Shown one piece after another: positions 25,994-34,932 of a stretch of 42,955 bases of DNA. Numbering within the stretch: the stretch's first letter is position 1; the number at the start of each line of letters is the position of its first letter. The position numbers and the translations under genes were made by a program. This stretch comes from Actinomycetes bacterium (GTDB lineage Bacteria; Actinomycetota; Acidimicrobiia; Spongiisociales; UBA5794), in contig JAMBLH010000023.1 in the NCBI GenBank assembly GCA_023336875.1, positions 1 to 42,955 on the forward strand, read 5' to 3'. The notes under the pieces were generated by a model. That model ran no database searches. It was not told the origin of the DNA and was given only the letters and a program-made list of their open reading frames with translations.

Positions 25994-27481
25994 TCAGGCA
26001 ATTCCTCCCTCTCCCACGTACCACGTCGTCGTGGTGGTGCTGTCAGCAAGGTGGTCATCGTGGGTAATGAGGAGGAGCGCACCCGCGTACTCGGCGAGAG
26101 CTCCCTCGAGGCGCTCAATCGACGGAAGGTCGAGATGGTTCGTTGGCTCATCCAGGGCCAGTAGCCATTTCGGCGTGCCCAGCCCCAGGGCCAGAGCGAC
26201 CTTTCTCGCTTCGCCGGGTGAAGGTTGCTCCGAAGCAAGGATTGCTCCGGGATCCGCGCCCAAAAGGGCAACGAGAGACATCACTCTTCCCCTGTCCTCC
26301 GTCGGCAGTCCTCTGACGTCCTCGAGAAGCTGTCTTGCACGGTCAGCTGTGGTCTCCTGGGCCAGATGGAGAATCTTGCCTGGCGGTATTGCGGGCTCGG
26401 ACACGAGCTGCGTGAGGAGTGATGTCTTGCCTGCTCCGTTCGGACCGGCGATGCGAATGCGGTCGAGCCTTCTCACGGCGAGATCAACGTGGAAGAGGGC
26501 TTGAGCACCAGCTGTCACCGTTCCGCTCCGACGGACCAGGAACTCCTTGTTCGCAGGCTCGAAATCGAAAGATATGGTGCCACCTCTGACCTTTTCGATA
26601 TGTGTCGCATCGAGCTCCTCGGTGGTGGCTTGGAGTAGGTTCGTGATCGTCGCAACGGTGGTGGCGCCCGTCTTCTGGCCTCGATTGTGGGTCACCTTGG
26701 CGACCGTTCCTCGAGCATCGTGATCCTTCCTTGGGGCGTTGCGACGAATCCTTTTCCTCTCTGCATCCTTTTGCGCGGTTGTTCGATGTTGCTCGTCAAG
26801 ACGACGCCCGAGTTTCTTCTGATCTGACTTCTTCTTCTCGTACAACGCTGCTTGTTCCGTTACCCTTGCGGTCCACTCGGCGCGGGCGACGTCGTAGGGT
26901 CCGTTCCACAGATCGACGTGTCCGCCGTGTACTCGCATGGTTCTGATCGTGAGTTCGTTGAGCAGCGCTCGATCATGGGATACGATGACACCGCAGCCGC
27001 GGAAGTCAATGAGAGCCGAGGCGAGGAGATCCCGCGCTTCCCCATCAAGGTGGTTCGTCGGCTCATCAAGCAGCAGGACGTCGGGTTTGCCTGTGAGTGC
27101 GGCCCCGATCTGCCAGCGTTTTCGCTCACCGGGCGACAGTGTCGGCCATCGTCCGATGTGCTCGGGGTCCAGACCGAGCGAGGCTCTCATCCGTACGGCG
27201 TCGCGCCCCCAGTCCCAGGACAGCTCTTCGATGTCATCTGTCAGATCGTCAACCCGCTGTTCACAGATCACGGTAGGCAGTCCTACGGGTTCGACTGCGA
27301 TGGGACCTGTGCTGGATTGGAGAGAGCCAGCGATCAGGTGGAGAAGTGTTGACTTCCCGACACCATTGGCACCGACAAGTCCCGTCCATCCGGGCCCAAG
27401 ATCGAACGTGGCATCCTCGATGATCGGCACGGCAGAGGAATAGGAGAACGAGACGTGGTTGAAATGGATAGCAGCAGACAT
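25994..27481 (-). CDS. ABC-F family ATPase (two ABC domains, no TM domain)
   Basis: Walker A GANGVGKST and GPNGAGKTS. Signatures LSPGERKR and PSPGEARK. A basic K/R-rich inter-domain linker. AAGGGAG upstream of the ATG. Confidence 0.85.
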   Translation of the reverse strand: MSAAIHFNHVSFSYSSAVPIIEDATFDLGPGWTGLVGANGVGKSTLLHLIAGSLQSSTGPIAVEPVGLPTVICEQRVDDLTDDIEELSWDWGRDAVRMRASLGLDPEHIGRWPTLSPGERKRWQIGAALTGKPDVLLLDEPTNHLDGEARDLLASALIDFRGCGVIVSHDRALLNELTIRTMRVHGGHVDLWNGPYDVARAEWTARVTEQAALYEKKKSDQKKLGRRLDEQHRTTAQKDAERKRIRRNAPRKDHDARGTVAKVTHNRGQKTGATTVATITNLLQATTEELDATHIEKVRGGTISFDFEPANKEFLVRRSGTVTAGAQALFHVDLAVRRLDRIRIAGPNGAGKTSLLTQLVSEPAIPPGKILHLAQETTADRARQLLEDVRGLPTEDRGRVMSLVALLGADPGAILASEQPSPGEARKVALALGLGTPKWLLALDEPTNHLDLPSIERLEGALAEYAGALLLITHDDHLADSTTTTTWYVGEGGIA

Positions 27482-27585
27482 GGCAACTCCCTTTGTGGGA
27501 CGGGCGCGTGTGGCCCGGAGGCGGTGGGGTCCTCAGTTGGTCCTTGTCATGAGCTCCTCGTCAGCAGTCAGGGCAGTGTACAGCG

Positions 27586-28122
27586 CTACCACCATTCGTC
27601 GAAGGGAATTGGCGCACCCACTGGCGCAGCCCTTGATGATCGACGGGCAGGAAACCAGGCGAGTTCCCTGCCAGAGCCGTCGCGAGTTGCTGCTGATCGC
27701 GCATGGACACCGCGAAGGCCGAGCTGCATGACGTCCGATCCAATTGGTTGGCAGACCTCGTGAGGGATGGAATGCCCGGAAGAGGTGAGTGGATATGTGT
27801 TGGGAAGCCCGAGGCTTCCTAGCCCGACTCTGGTGATCCCGTCGGCAACTTCCTGGCGCGAAGGAATCGTTGCTGTCACGAGAACGTAGCCACGGTCCAG
27901 GTCCTCCGGCCGAACAGGTGAGCCACTGAGCATCTGGCGGATCTGGGCACGCGCCGTGTCGATGTCTTCGTTGAGGTACAAGGCGGCGTAGGAGCTGGGT
28001 GGGTTCCAGCGACCACCATGGATCTGGGCATATGTCGGGTCGAGGGGATCCTCCCATGTCTCATCGGCAACACGGAGCCACGGATATGCGTCGCGAAGTT
28101 TGGTTGTCTCTGGTTTGATCAC
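27586..28122 (-). CDS. RES-domain toxin (NAD+-targeting family)
   Basis: GGRWNPPSSYAALYL motif. 178 aa. The start overlaps the antitoxin stop by 4 nt. Confidence 0.8.
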   Translation of the reverse strand: MIKPETTKLRDAYPWLRVADETWEDPLDPTYAQIHGGRWNPPSSYAALYLNEDIDTARAQIRQMLSGSPVRPEDLDRGYVLVTATIPSRQEVADGITRVGLGSLGLPNTYPLTSSGHSIPHEVCQPIGSDVMQLGLRGVHARSAATRDGSGRELAWFPARRSSRAAPVGAPIPFDEWW

Positions 28123-28556
28123 GGCTGGACGCGTCGCAGATCGAACATAGCGACAACAGCGTCGGCGGCCTCTCGGGTGTTGCCAGATGTTGCGAGGTCG
28201 AGCAACGAGATATCACCCAATAGGGGTGCGGGACGTCGAACAACTGCGGGGATTCGCTCGCGCTTTACATATCTGTCAAGAAGGTCGGTTGCCGTTGCCA
28301 GATCAGCAACGACACCGACGCGCGACGCCGGTGGTCCGCTCGCCAACCACTTCGAGAATGCTTGGCGCGATACACCGAATACGCGAGCTGCAGCTGCGTT
28401 GCTGAGGCCCCACAGGTCGACGAACCGCTCGAGTGGCTGGGATCTCACAGCCCTGTCGAGTTCGTCCACGAGGCTGCGGGTCCACTCGTGATCTTGTTCG
28501 GCAAGTACGGCAGCTGCAGCCTCGGTTGGAGACATATCGGTGAGGGCGATCGCCAT
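28119..28556 (-). CDS. Xre/MbcA/ParS-type antitoxin (HTH plus toxin-binding domain)
   Basis: HTH AARVFGVSRQAFSKW and a C-terminal LLGDISLLDLATSG segment typical of the DUF2384-type domain. Directly precedes the RES gene. Confidence 0.8.
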   Translation of the reverse strand: MAIALTDMSPTEAAAAVLAEQDHEWTRSLVDELDRAVRSQPLERFVDLWGLSNAAAARVFGVSRQAFSKWLASGPPASRVGVVADLATATDLLDRYVKRERIPAVVRRPAPLLGDISLLDLATSGNTREAADAVVAMFDLRRVQP

Positions 28557-28593
28557 ATGTCAACCATATGTCAACCGCAACTGTATGTCAATC
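28554..28593 (-). promoter_or_regulatory. Predicted promoter/operator of the Xre-RES operon (leaderless)
   Basis: Minus strand reads ATTGACA-17 nt-TATGGT-6 nt-ATG. -35 at 28586-28591, -10 at 28563-28568, start codon at 28554-28556. Plus-strand repeats catatgtcaac x2 in tandem (28554-28575) and gtatgtcaatc (28583-28593). Confidence 0.55.
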
Positions 28594-28628
28594 CATCAAT
28601 TACGCGCTGAATGTGAAGAGCGCACGAC

Positions 28629-28656
28629 AAGGGGCGGGTTGTGGAACCCGCCCCTT
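28629..28656 (-). terminator. Strong hairpin downstream of ino1
   Basis: aaggggcggg-ttgtggaa-cccgcccctt is a perfect 10-bp GC-rich stem 16 nt after the ino1 stop. No clear U-tract. Confidence 0.5.
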
Positions 28657-28671
28657 CCGTATCTGGGGCCA

Positions 28672-29784
28672 CTATTCGTTGGTGAGGAACCTTGCGAGGT
28701 CTTCGACAGTGTTGTCCTCGTCAGCAATGAACGCCTCGACGTTGTCGTGGGCCACGTTGTCGTGGTACTGCACCGACGGTGACTTCATAAAGTACGAGGA
28801 CGGCGCCAGCAGGGGACCAGCAAGCCCACGATCCATGGCGATCTTGGCGCAACGGACGGCGTCGATGATCACGCCTGCTGAGTTGGGGGAGTCCCATACC
28901 TCGAGCTTGAGCTCAGCGCTGAGCGGAACGTCACCGAAGGATGTTCCCTCAAGACGGATGTACGCCCACTTGCGGTCCGTCAGCCACGGGACGTGGTCCG
29001 AAGGGCCGATGTGCACCGACTCTGAATTGATCTTTCGGTCGATCTGACTCGTGACTGATTGTGTCTTGGAGATCTTCTTGGACATGAGCCGCTCACGCTC
29101 CAGCATGTTCATGAAGTCCATGTTGCCGCCGAAGTTCAGCTGGTAGGTGTTGTCGATCTTGACGCCACGATCCTCAAAGAGGCGTGCCAGCTGACGGTGA
29201 ACAATGGTTGCACCGACCTGTGACTTGATGTCGTCTCCGATGATCGGAAGTCCAGCATCGACGAACTTCTGAGCCCACTCCTTGTCCGAGGCAATGAACA
29301 CGGGTATGGCGTTGACGAATCCGACACCTGCGTCGAGCGCAGCTTGTACATAGAACTCGGTCGCCTCCTGGGAGCCGACGGGCAGGTAGGAGACGAGTAC
29401 GTCCGCACCGGAATCTTTGAGTGCCTGGACCACGTCGACCGGCTCCTCGTTGGATTCCTCGATCACGCCGCAGTAATACTTGCCGAGGCCGTCGAAGGTT
29501 GGTCCGCGCAGCACGTCGAAGCCCAGATCCCCGACTTCTGCGAACTGGATCGTGTTGTTCTCACCCGCCCACATTGCCTTGGCAACGTCCTGGCCGACTT
29601 TGGAAGCGTCGACATCGAATGCCGCGACGAACTCGACATCACCGATGTGGTAGTCGCCGAGCTCGACATGCATGAGGCCGGGGATCCTGAGATCCGCGTC
29701 TGCATCCTTGTAATACTCAACGCCCTGGATGAGGGAGTTGGCGCAGTTTCCGAGCCCTGCAATGGCTACTTTCACCTTGGACAT
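28672..29784 (-). CDS. ino1: Inositol-3-phosphate synthase
   Basis: [22 protein letters not shown]-terminus. 370 aa, typical actinobacterial Ino1. PadR gene upstream, as in mycobacteria. Confidence 0.9.
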   Translation of the reverse strand: MSKVKVAIAGLGNCANSLIQGVEYYKDADADLRIPGLMHVELGDYHIGDVEFVAAFDVDASKVGQDVAKAMWAGENNTIQFAEVGDLGFDVLRGPTFDGLGKYYCGVIEESNEEPVDVVQALKDSGADVLVSYLPVGSQEATEFYVQAALDAGVGFVNAIPVFIASDKEWAQKFVDAGLPIIGDDIKSQVGATIVHRQLARLFEDRGVKIDNTYQLNFGGNMDFMNMLERERLMSKKISKTQSVTSQIDRKINSESVHIGPSDHVPWLTDRKWAYIRLEGTSFGDVPLSAELKLEVWDSPNSAGVIIDAVRCAKIAMDRGLAGPLLAPSSYFMKSPSVQYHDNVAHDNVEAFIADEDNTVEDLARFLTNE

Positions 29785-29802
29785 CGTGTCCTCCTGTGCT
29801 TT

Positions 29803-30333
29803 CTATGTGGCCGAAGCCACACCACGCTCGGCAGCGACGAGACCGTCGAGCCAGGCAATGTCTGCTTCTGTGGACTGCATCGAATGCTCCATGAGGGCAA
29901 TCCGGTAGCGATCCTCGTTCTTTGTTGCGGATCGAGCCTCGATGAGGATCTCCCGCGCGGTCTTGAGTTGCGTTGAAAGTTCCCTGCGCCTGCGGTCCAT
30001 CACCTGGATGCGGCGATCCGACGGCAGGTGGCCGAGGAAAGCGAGCCTGACCTGGAAGCCACGGTCTGTCTCGGTTGCTTCGGGATTCGTTGAAAGCAGG
30101 GTGTCGAAGATAGCAATGCCCTCCCTGGTGATCTCATATGCCTTACGGCGACCAGAGACCTTCGTCGCCTTGATGGCTCCTCGCTTCTCCAAACGGCGGA
30201 GAGAGGGGTAGAGCGAGCCAAACGACACCTTCCAGAAGCCGAGTTCGCCCAGAGCGCGACGCAGCTCGTACCCATGACGGGGACGTTCCATCAGCAATCC
30301 AAGAATGGCGAAATCGAGCACTTCGAACTCCAA
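29803..30333 (-). CDS. PadR family transcriptional regulator
   Basis: Winged-helix N-terminus ILGLLMERPRHGYEL...SFGSLYPSLRRLEKRG. TTG start. Confidence 0.85.
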   Translation of the reverse strand: MEFEVLDFAILGLLMERPRHGYELRRALGELGFWKVSFGSLYPSLRRLEKRGAIKATKVSGRRKAYEITREGIAIFDTLLSTNPEATETDRGFQVRLAFLGHLPSDRRIQVMDRRRRELSTQLKTAREILIEARSATKNEDRYRIALMEHSMQSTEADIAWLDGLVAAERGVASAT

Positions 30334-30336
30334 CTA

Positions 30337-30372
30337 TATCGTTTCGATACATCAGTATATATCGAAACGATA
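30337..30372. promoter_or_regulatory. Two palindromic operator-like sites upstream of padR-ino1
   Basis: tatcgtttcgata (30337-30349) and tatcgaaacgata (30360-30372) are each TATCG-N3-CGATA. They sit 23 bp apart in an AT-rich patch, starting 4 nt upstream of the padR start. Confidence 0.55.
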
Positions 30373-30456
30373 CATATGCGCACGCGACAGTTGATCGAGC
30401 CCACACAGAAGTAGGAGGCCACGGACGCGGGAATGGTCTGGCTGTGGGTTCGTCGT

Positions 30457-32145
30457 CTAGCTCAGACCGACGACGTTTCCGTTCTCATCAATGTCGATCG
30501 TGTGGGCAGCGGGGTGCACTCCCAGACCTGGCATTCTGTTGATCGATCCTGTGAGTGGGAGGACGAAGCCCGCACCTGCGGCCAACTGGACCTCTCGAAT
30601 TGGAAGAGTCCAACCTGAGGGCGCGCCGAGCAGGGCAGGGTTGTGGCTGAACGAATACTGCGTCTTCGCCATGCAGATGGGCAGATCCCCGTAGCCGTGT
30701 GATTCGTAGCTGGCGAGTTGTCGCTTTGCCTTGATGTCGTATTCAACGCCATCCGCGCCGTACACCCGCGTGGCGATGAGCTCGATCTTGTCCGTCAGGC
30801 TCATGTCAGGCGTGTATAGCGGTACGAACTCCGAGCCGTCGTCGGCTGCAGCGCTGACGGCCTCTGCGAGGGCGACCATTCCTTCGGCTCCACCCGAATA
30901 CGGATCGGCGATGGCCCACGCTGCGCCCTCCTCCTCCGCGATCAGACCAATGGCAGCATGCTCTGAAGCGTGATCGGTGGGGAAGCTGTTCACCGCAACA
31001 ACAGGCGTAACGCCGTGTTGGCGAATATTGGCGATGTGGCGCCTCAGATTGTCAGCGCCAGCCATGACGTCTTCGGGATTCTCCGCAGTCATCTCATCTG
31101 GAAGGGGCTTTCCCGCCCTCACCTGGAACTTCCCCGAATTGAGCTTCAACGCACGAACCGTCGCGACGATGACCGCAACATCAGGAGCCATGCCGGATGC
31201 CTGACACTTCAGGTTGAAGAACTTCTCCGCCCCGACGTCCGATCCAAAGCCTGCCTCTGTGATGAGGTAGTCACCGCTGCGAACTCCTATCTGGTCCGCA
31301 ACGATCGAGGAGTTTCCGTGTGCGATGTTTGCGAACGGGCCTGTATGAACCAGGGCAGGTGTGCCCTCCAGCGTCTGCATCAGGTTGGGATTGAGGGAAT
31401 CCTTGAGCAACACCGCCATGGACCCTGCACCGCCGATCTGTTCGGCTGTGACGGGTTCCTTGTGGCGGTCGTAACCGACCACGATTCGGCCAAGGCGCTG
31501 CCTTAGATCCTGAAGATCTGTCGCAAGGCCCAGGATCGCCATGAGCTCTGACGCTGCGGTGATGTCGAACCCGCCCTCTCTCGGAATTCCATCAAGGGTT
31601 GTCCCGAGGCCGATCACGATGTGGCGCAGCGACCTGTCATTGACATCCATCACCCTTCGCCACGTGACCCGCTTCACGTTGATCGACAGCTGGTTGCCCT
31701 GATAGATGTGGTTGTCGATGAGAGCCGCAAGCAGGTTGTTGGCGACGGTGACTGCATGGAAGTCACCCGTGAGATGGAGGTTCATCTCCTCCATCGGTAC
31801 AACTTGGGAGTAGCCACCGCCAGCAGCGCCGCCCTTGATGCCGAAGGTGGGACCGAGCGAGGGCTGGCGGAGGGTGAGGACCGCTTGTTTGTCGAGAAGC
31901 TTGAATCCTTGCGCCAGTCCAACGGACACCGTGGTCTTGCCCTCGCCGAATGGCGTCGGGTTGACTGCGGTCACGAGTACATACTTCGCCCGCGGCGGTC
32001 CCATCTCGGTGAGGGCGCCAAGATCGACCTTCGCGATGCCTCTGCCCCTGGGTTCCACATACCTGTCGGGGATCCCCATGTCGTGAGCGACATCGGTGAT
32101 TGGTCTCAGATTCGTTTCTCTTGCAATTTCAAGATCAGTTTTCAT
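30457..32145 (-). CDS. fhs: Formate-tetrahydrofolate ligase
   Basis: 562 aa. MKTDLEIA...PTPFGEGKTT P-loop and typical FTHFS sequence throughout. Confidence 0.93.
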   Translation of the reverse strand: MKTDLEIARETNLRPITDVAHDMGIPDRYVEPRGRGIAKVDLGALTEMGPPRAKYVLVTAVNPTPFGEGKTTVSVGLAQGFKLLDKQAVLTLRQPSLGPTFGIKGGAAGGGYSQVVPMEEMNLHLTGDFHAVTVANNLLAALIDNHIYQGNQLSINVKRVTWRRVMDVNDRSLRHIVIGLGTTLDGIPREGGFDITAASELMAILGLATDLQDLRQRLGRIVVGYDRHKEPVTAEQIGGAGSMAVLLKDSLNPNLMQTLEGTPALVHTGPFANIAHGNSSIVADQIGVRSGDYLITEAGFGSDVGAEKFFNLKCQASGMAPDVAVIVATVRALKLNSGKFQVRAGKPLPDEMTAENPEDVMAGADNLRRHIANIRQHGVTPVVAVNSFPTDHASEHAAIGLIAEEEGAAWAIADPYSGGAEGMVALAEAVSAAADDGSEFVPLYTPDMSLTDKIELIATRVYGADGVEYDIKAKRQLASYESHGYGDLPICMAKTQYSFSHNPALLGAPSGWTLPIREVQLAAGAGFVLPLTGSINRMPGLGVHPAAHTIDIDENGNVVGLS

Positions 32146-32215
32146 GCCGACACGTTACCTATGCCCGTGTAGGAGTGCCGACCGAATGCCACGTATCTGT
32201 GAAAAGTCCGCGACA

Positions 32216-32791
32216 ATGGAGACCGTGATCACGCACACTGTTGGAGGGATTCTTGCCGGTGGAGATAGCAGCCGCATGGGCACATCCAAGTCGTTGCTCG
32301 TAGTCGACGGCATGTCATTCCTCGAGCGCATCCATAGAACCATGACGGCAGTGTTCACTGAGGTGATCGTGTGTGGTGGTTCCGAGATACCGTCCGATGG
32401 CGTGTTGATCCCAGACGAGCAACCAGGCCATGGACCGGTTGGCGGACTGCTCTCAGCGCTTCGGATTGCGAGGGGACGCCCTGTGTTCGTGACGACGGTC
32501 GATATGCCGGTCGTGACATCGGAGGCGATTCGGTCCCTTGCAGAACCAGAGGCGCAGGGGAGCACGGTCAGGATCGCGCAGGTCGCCGGCGAGGATCAGC
32601 CGCTTTTCGGGGTCTACGGACCCGACGTGGAACCGATCGCTCGCACGATCTTCGATGAGGGTCGGCGATCGGTGATGGCAGTGATCGATGAGGTTGATGA
32701 TGTCACAAGGATCACGATCGATTCTTCTACCCTGTTCAACGTCAACACAAGATCGGATTACAACGTGCTGATCGAAAGGTACGGACTGTGA
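32216..32791 (+). CDS. mobA: Molybdenum cofactor guanylyltransferase
   Basis: GGILAGGDSSRMG motif. ATG 32216 is preferred because the ORF-track start at 32096 would overlap fhs. Confidence 0.8.
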   Translation: METVITHTVGGILAGGDSSRMGTSKSLLVVDGMSFLERIHRTMTAVFTEVIVCGGSEIPSDGVLIPDEQPGHGPVGGLLSALRIARGRPVFVTTVDMPVVTSEAIRSLAEPEAQGSTVRIAQVAGEDQPLFGVYGPDVEPIARTIFDEGRRSVMAVIDEVDDVTRITIDSSTLFNVNTRSDYNVLIERYGL

Positions 32792-33099
32792 AGATCAGGC
32801 TTGCGGATGACGAGATACGCATCCGTCTCAACCATGACGATGTGGTTCGATTGATCGATGGGGGCACGGTCGACTGCGTGGTGATGCCCGGTGCCTATTC
32901 GATTCGGATGACGACCTCCGCCCACACACGATCCGAAGTCGGCTTCACCGCCACCGGCATCGACCTTACGATTCCCCCCGGTGTGCTCCCTGACAACCCC
33001 AACGAATTCGAACCACACACGTGGGGTGGTGACGCCGGGCATCCACGCGTAATGATCGAGTTGGATAAGCAACGTCGCCCGAGAACACGTAGCGGCTAG
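32788..33099 (+). CDS. Hypothetical protein (103 aa)
   Basis: The GTG start overlaps the mobA stop (GTGA). Its stop overlaps the fdhD stop convergently. No recognised motif. Confidence 0.5.
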   Translation: MKIRLADDEIRIRLNHDDVVRLIDGGTVDCVVMPGAYSIRMTTSAHTRSEVGFTATGIDLTIPPGVLPDNPNEFEPHTWGGDAGHPRVMIELDKQRRPRTRSG

Positions 33100-33875
33100 G
33101 AAATCCTCGTCCCACCGCAGTACACGTTGAATCCGTCCTCCGAGAGGAATCCAACGACCGTCATTCCGAGCTCGTCTCCGAGGTCCGCTGCGAGGGATGA
33201 TGCTCCGGATACGCCAGCGATGATTGGCATCCCTGCAACTGCGGCCTTCTGCACCATCTCGAAGCTGAGCCGTCCGGAAACAATGAGAACGAGATTGGAG
33301 AGTGGCCACCGGTCTCGTGAGAGGGAGCCGACCAGCTTGTCGACAGCGTTGTGGCGGCCCACATCCTCCGCAATACCCATGAACTCTCCTTCGGGGGTGA
33401 ATGCTGCGGCCGCGTGGATGCTTCCTGTGCGTCCGAAGACGGGCTGTGACCGCCGCATCACCGCCGGTAGAGATCTGAGCCTTGTGGCGCTGACGGTGGG
33501 ACCTTGACGAATGGTTCTTGCCGTGACTCGAACCGCGTCGATGGACGCCTTCCCACACACTCCACACGACGATGACGTGAACAGGTTGCGACGGAACTGC
33601 TCCGGATCCACCGTCACTCCATCTGCGAGCACTATCTCGTAGCGGTCGCCCTCGGTCGATCCCTCAGTGAGGCGAACTGCTGCGACCTCATCCGGAGTGA
33701 GCACGATTCCCTCCGTGAGGGAGAAGCCAAGTGCCAGATGCTCATCTTCGCCTGGTGTCCGCATCAGCACCGCAATAGGCACTCCTCCAAGCCGAAACTC
33801 AACCGGCGCCTCTTGGACGAGTTCGTCGGTGGTGGTTTCTGCTCCAGCGGCCGAGTAGCGAACGATCTCCCTCAA
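33096..33875 (-). CDS. fdhD: Formate dehydrogenase accessory sulfurtransferase FdhD
   Basis: SSSCGVCGKASID cysteine motif and GRHNAVDK. TTG start. Confidence 0.88.
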   Translation of the reverse strand: MREIVRYSAAGAETTTDELVQEAPVEFRLGGVPIAVLMRTPGEDEHLALGFSLTEGIVLTPDEVAAVRLTEGSTEGDRYEIVLADGVTVDPEQFRRNLFTSSSCGVCGKASIDAVRVTARTIRQGPTVSATRLRSLPAVMRRSQPVFGRTGSIHAAAAFTPEGEFMGIAEDVGRHNAVDKLVGSLSRDRWPLSNLVLIVSGRLSFEMVQKAAVAGMPIIAGVSGASSLAADLGDELGMTVVGFLSEDGFNVYCGGTRIS

Positions 33876-33881
33876 GACTCT

Positions 33882-34063
33882 GTCCTCCCTTCAGGGGGGA
33901 CGGCAGAGCGAAGCGATGCAGGGGGGAGTGCGAGCCTGCGAGCGGCTTGGGGCACAACCTTGTTCTGGTTCCTCGGGTACCGGGTTCGCAGGCTCAAGGT
34001 TCCCTCTGGCTCGCAAGGAACGTAGAACGTTCCCACTTGCCCGTCCCCCCTGAAGGGGGGACG
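33882..34063. repeat. MITE/REP-like element, same family as 163-373
   Basis: Left terminus gtcctccc-ttca-ggggggac (33882-33901) and right terminus cgtcccccc-tgaa-ggggggacg (34042-34063) are hairpins and mutually inverted. An internal ggaacg-tagaa-cgttcc hairpin is present. cgggttcgcaggc and gcgaagcg are shared with locus 1. It fills the spacer between the Fe-S subunit gene and fdhD. Confidence 0.65.
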
Positions 34064-34077
34064 TCTTGGGTGTGCGA

Positions 34078-34932
34078 TCACTTCTCTTCCTGCAGGTACC
34101 CGTATCCAAAGCGGCCCTTGATGCAGAGGTGGCCGTTGGTGACGTCGTGGTCCATGGGCGACGTGACCTTGACCACTCGGTTGTCCTGGACGTGTAGCTC
34201 CAGGTTGCACCCAACCCCACAGAACGAGCAGATCGTCGTTGTGATGGATTGGCGGCCCTCATCCCACGTGTCCGCCTCGCGCATGTCGTACTCCGACTTG
34301 AACATCAGTGCACCGGTAGGGCAGACTCCGATGCAGTTTCCGCAGTACACACATGCTGAGTCTGGGAGTGTGACGTCATATTCGGTCGAGATGGTCGAGG
34401 AGAGCCCACGGCCAGCCACGTCGATGGCGAAGGTGTTCTGGGCATCAGGCCCGCATGCCGCGACGCAGCGGTAGCACATAACGCATTTGTCGTAATCCCT
34501 GATGTAGAGGTCGTCCTGGATCTTGACTGCCCGGTGGGGCTCGTATCTTCCGAACCGGTCGGGATCGACGTCGTACTTTGACATCCAGTTCTTTGTCTCA
34601 GCATCGGCAAGGGAGAGGTCAACCGTCGATGCGTAGAACTCGTATAGGGTTCGCCGAGCATCTGTAATGCGTTCCGAATCGGTCGAGATCTCCATGCCGC
34701 TCTCGACGATCCGCGAGCATGCCGGCACCAGTGTGCGGGATCCCGCTACTTCGACCACACAAAGACGACAGGAGTTGAATGGGCTGAGCGTCTCGAGGAA
34801 GCACATGGTCGGCACGTCGAGATCTTGAGCGCGGCACACATCGAGAATCGTGGCGTCGGCATGTGCTGTGACTGCGGTTCTGTTGAGGGTGATCTCGACC
34901 ATTCTTGGTTCAGGAAGTGTGGACTCGATCAC
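34078..34932 (-). CDS. NuoG-like Fe-S subunit: N-terminal portion of the formate dehydrogenase alpha subunit (2Fe-2S, 4Fe-4S clusters and Molybdop_Fe4S4 domain)
   Basis: 2Fe-2S motif CFLETLSPFNSCRLCVVEV, two ferredoxin-type CxxCxxCxxxCP motifs, and a terminal CSFCGVGC-x27-C (FS0) domain ending KGRFGYGYLQEEK. The GTG start overlaps the NuoF stop (GTGA). Confidence 0.85.
   Translation of the reverse strand: MIESTLPEPRMVEITLNRTAVTAHADATILDVCRAQDLDVPTMCFLETLSPFNSCRLCVVEVAGSRTLVPACSRIVESGMEISTDSERITDARRTLYEFYASTVDLSLADAETKNWMSKYDVDPDRFGRYEPHRAVKIQDDLYIRDYDKCVMCYRCVAACGPDAQNTFAIDVAGRGLSSTISTEYDVTLPDSACVYCGNCIGVCPTGALMFKSEYDMREADTWDEGRQSITTTICSFCGVGCNLELHVQDNRVVKVTSPMDHDVTNGHLCIKGRFGYGYLQEEK

Noticed and set aside
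25994-28600. ABC-F / RES-Xre region as an integrated mobile island or prophage remnant
   Set aside because: There is no integrase, transposase, tRNA target, flanking direct repeats or phage genes. The flanking genes (alpha-CA, ino1) are ordinary chromosomal genes.
32146-32215. Possible ZTP (pfl) or THF riboswitch in the fhs leader
   Set aside because: These riboswitches often precede fhs. However, the 70-nt leader lacks the conserved pfl elements as I recall them (GGGUCGUGACUGGCG-like 5' part and CCGCCUGGGCA-like 3' part), and no convincing pseudoknot-forming segments are visible.
33096-33099. Convergent genes sharing overlapping stop codons in a CTAG tetranucleotide, also at 42040-42043
   Set aside because: The overlap is real, but it is a trivial consequence of TAG stops on both strands. 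No functional implication is evident.
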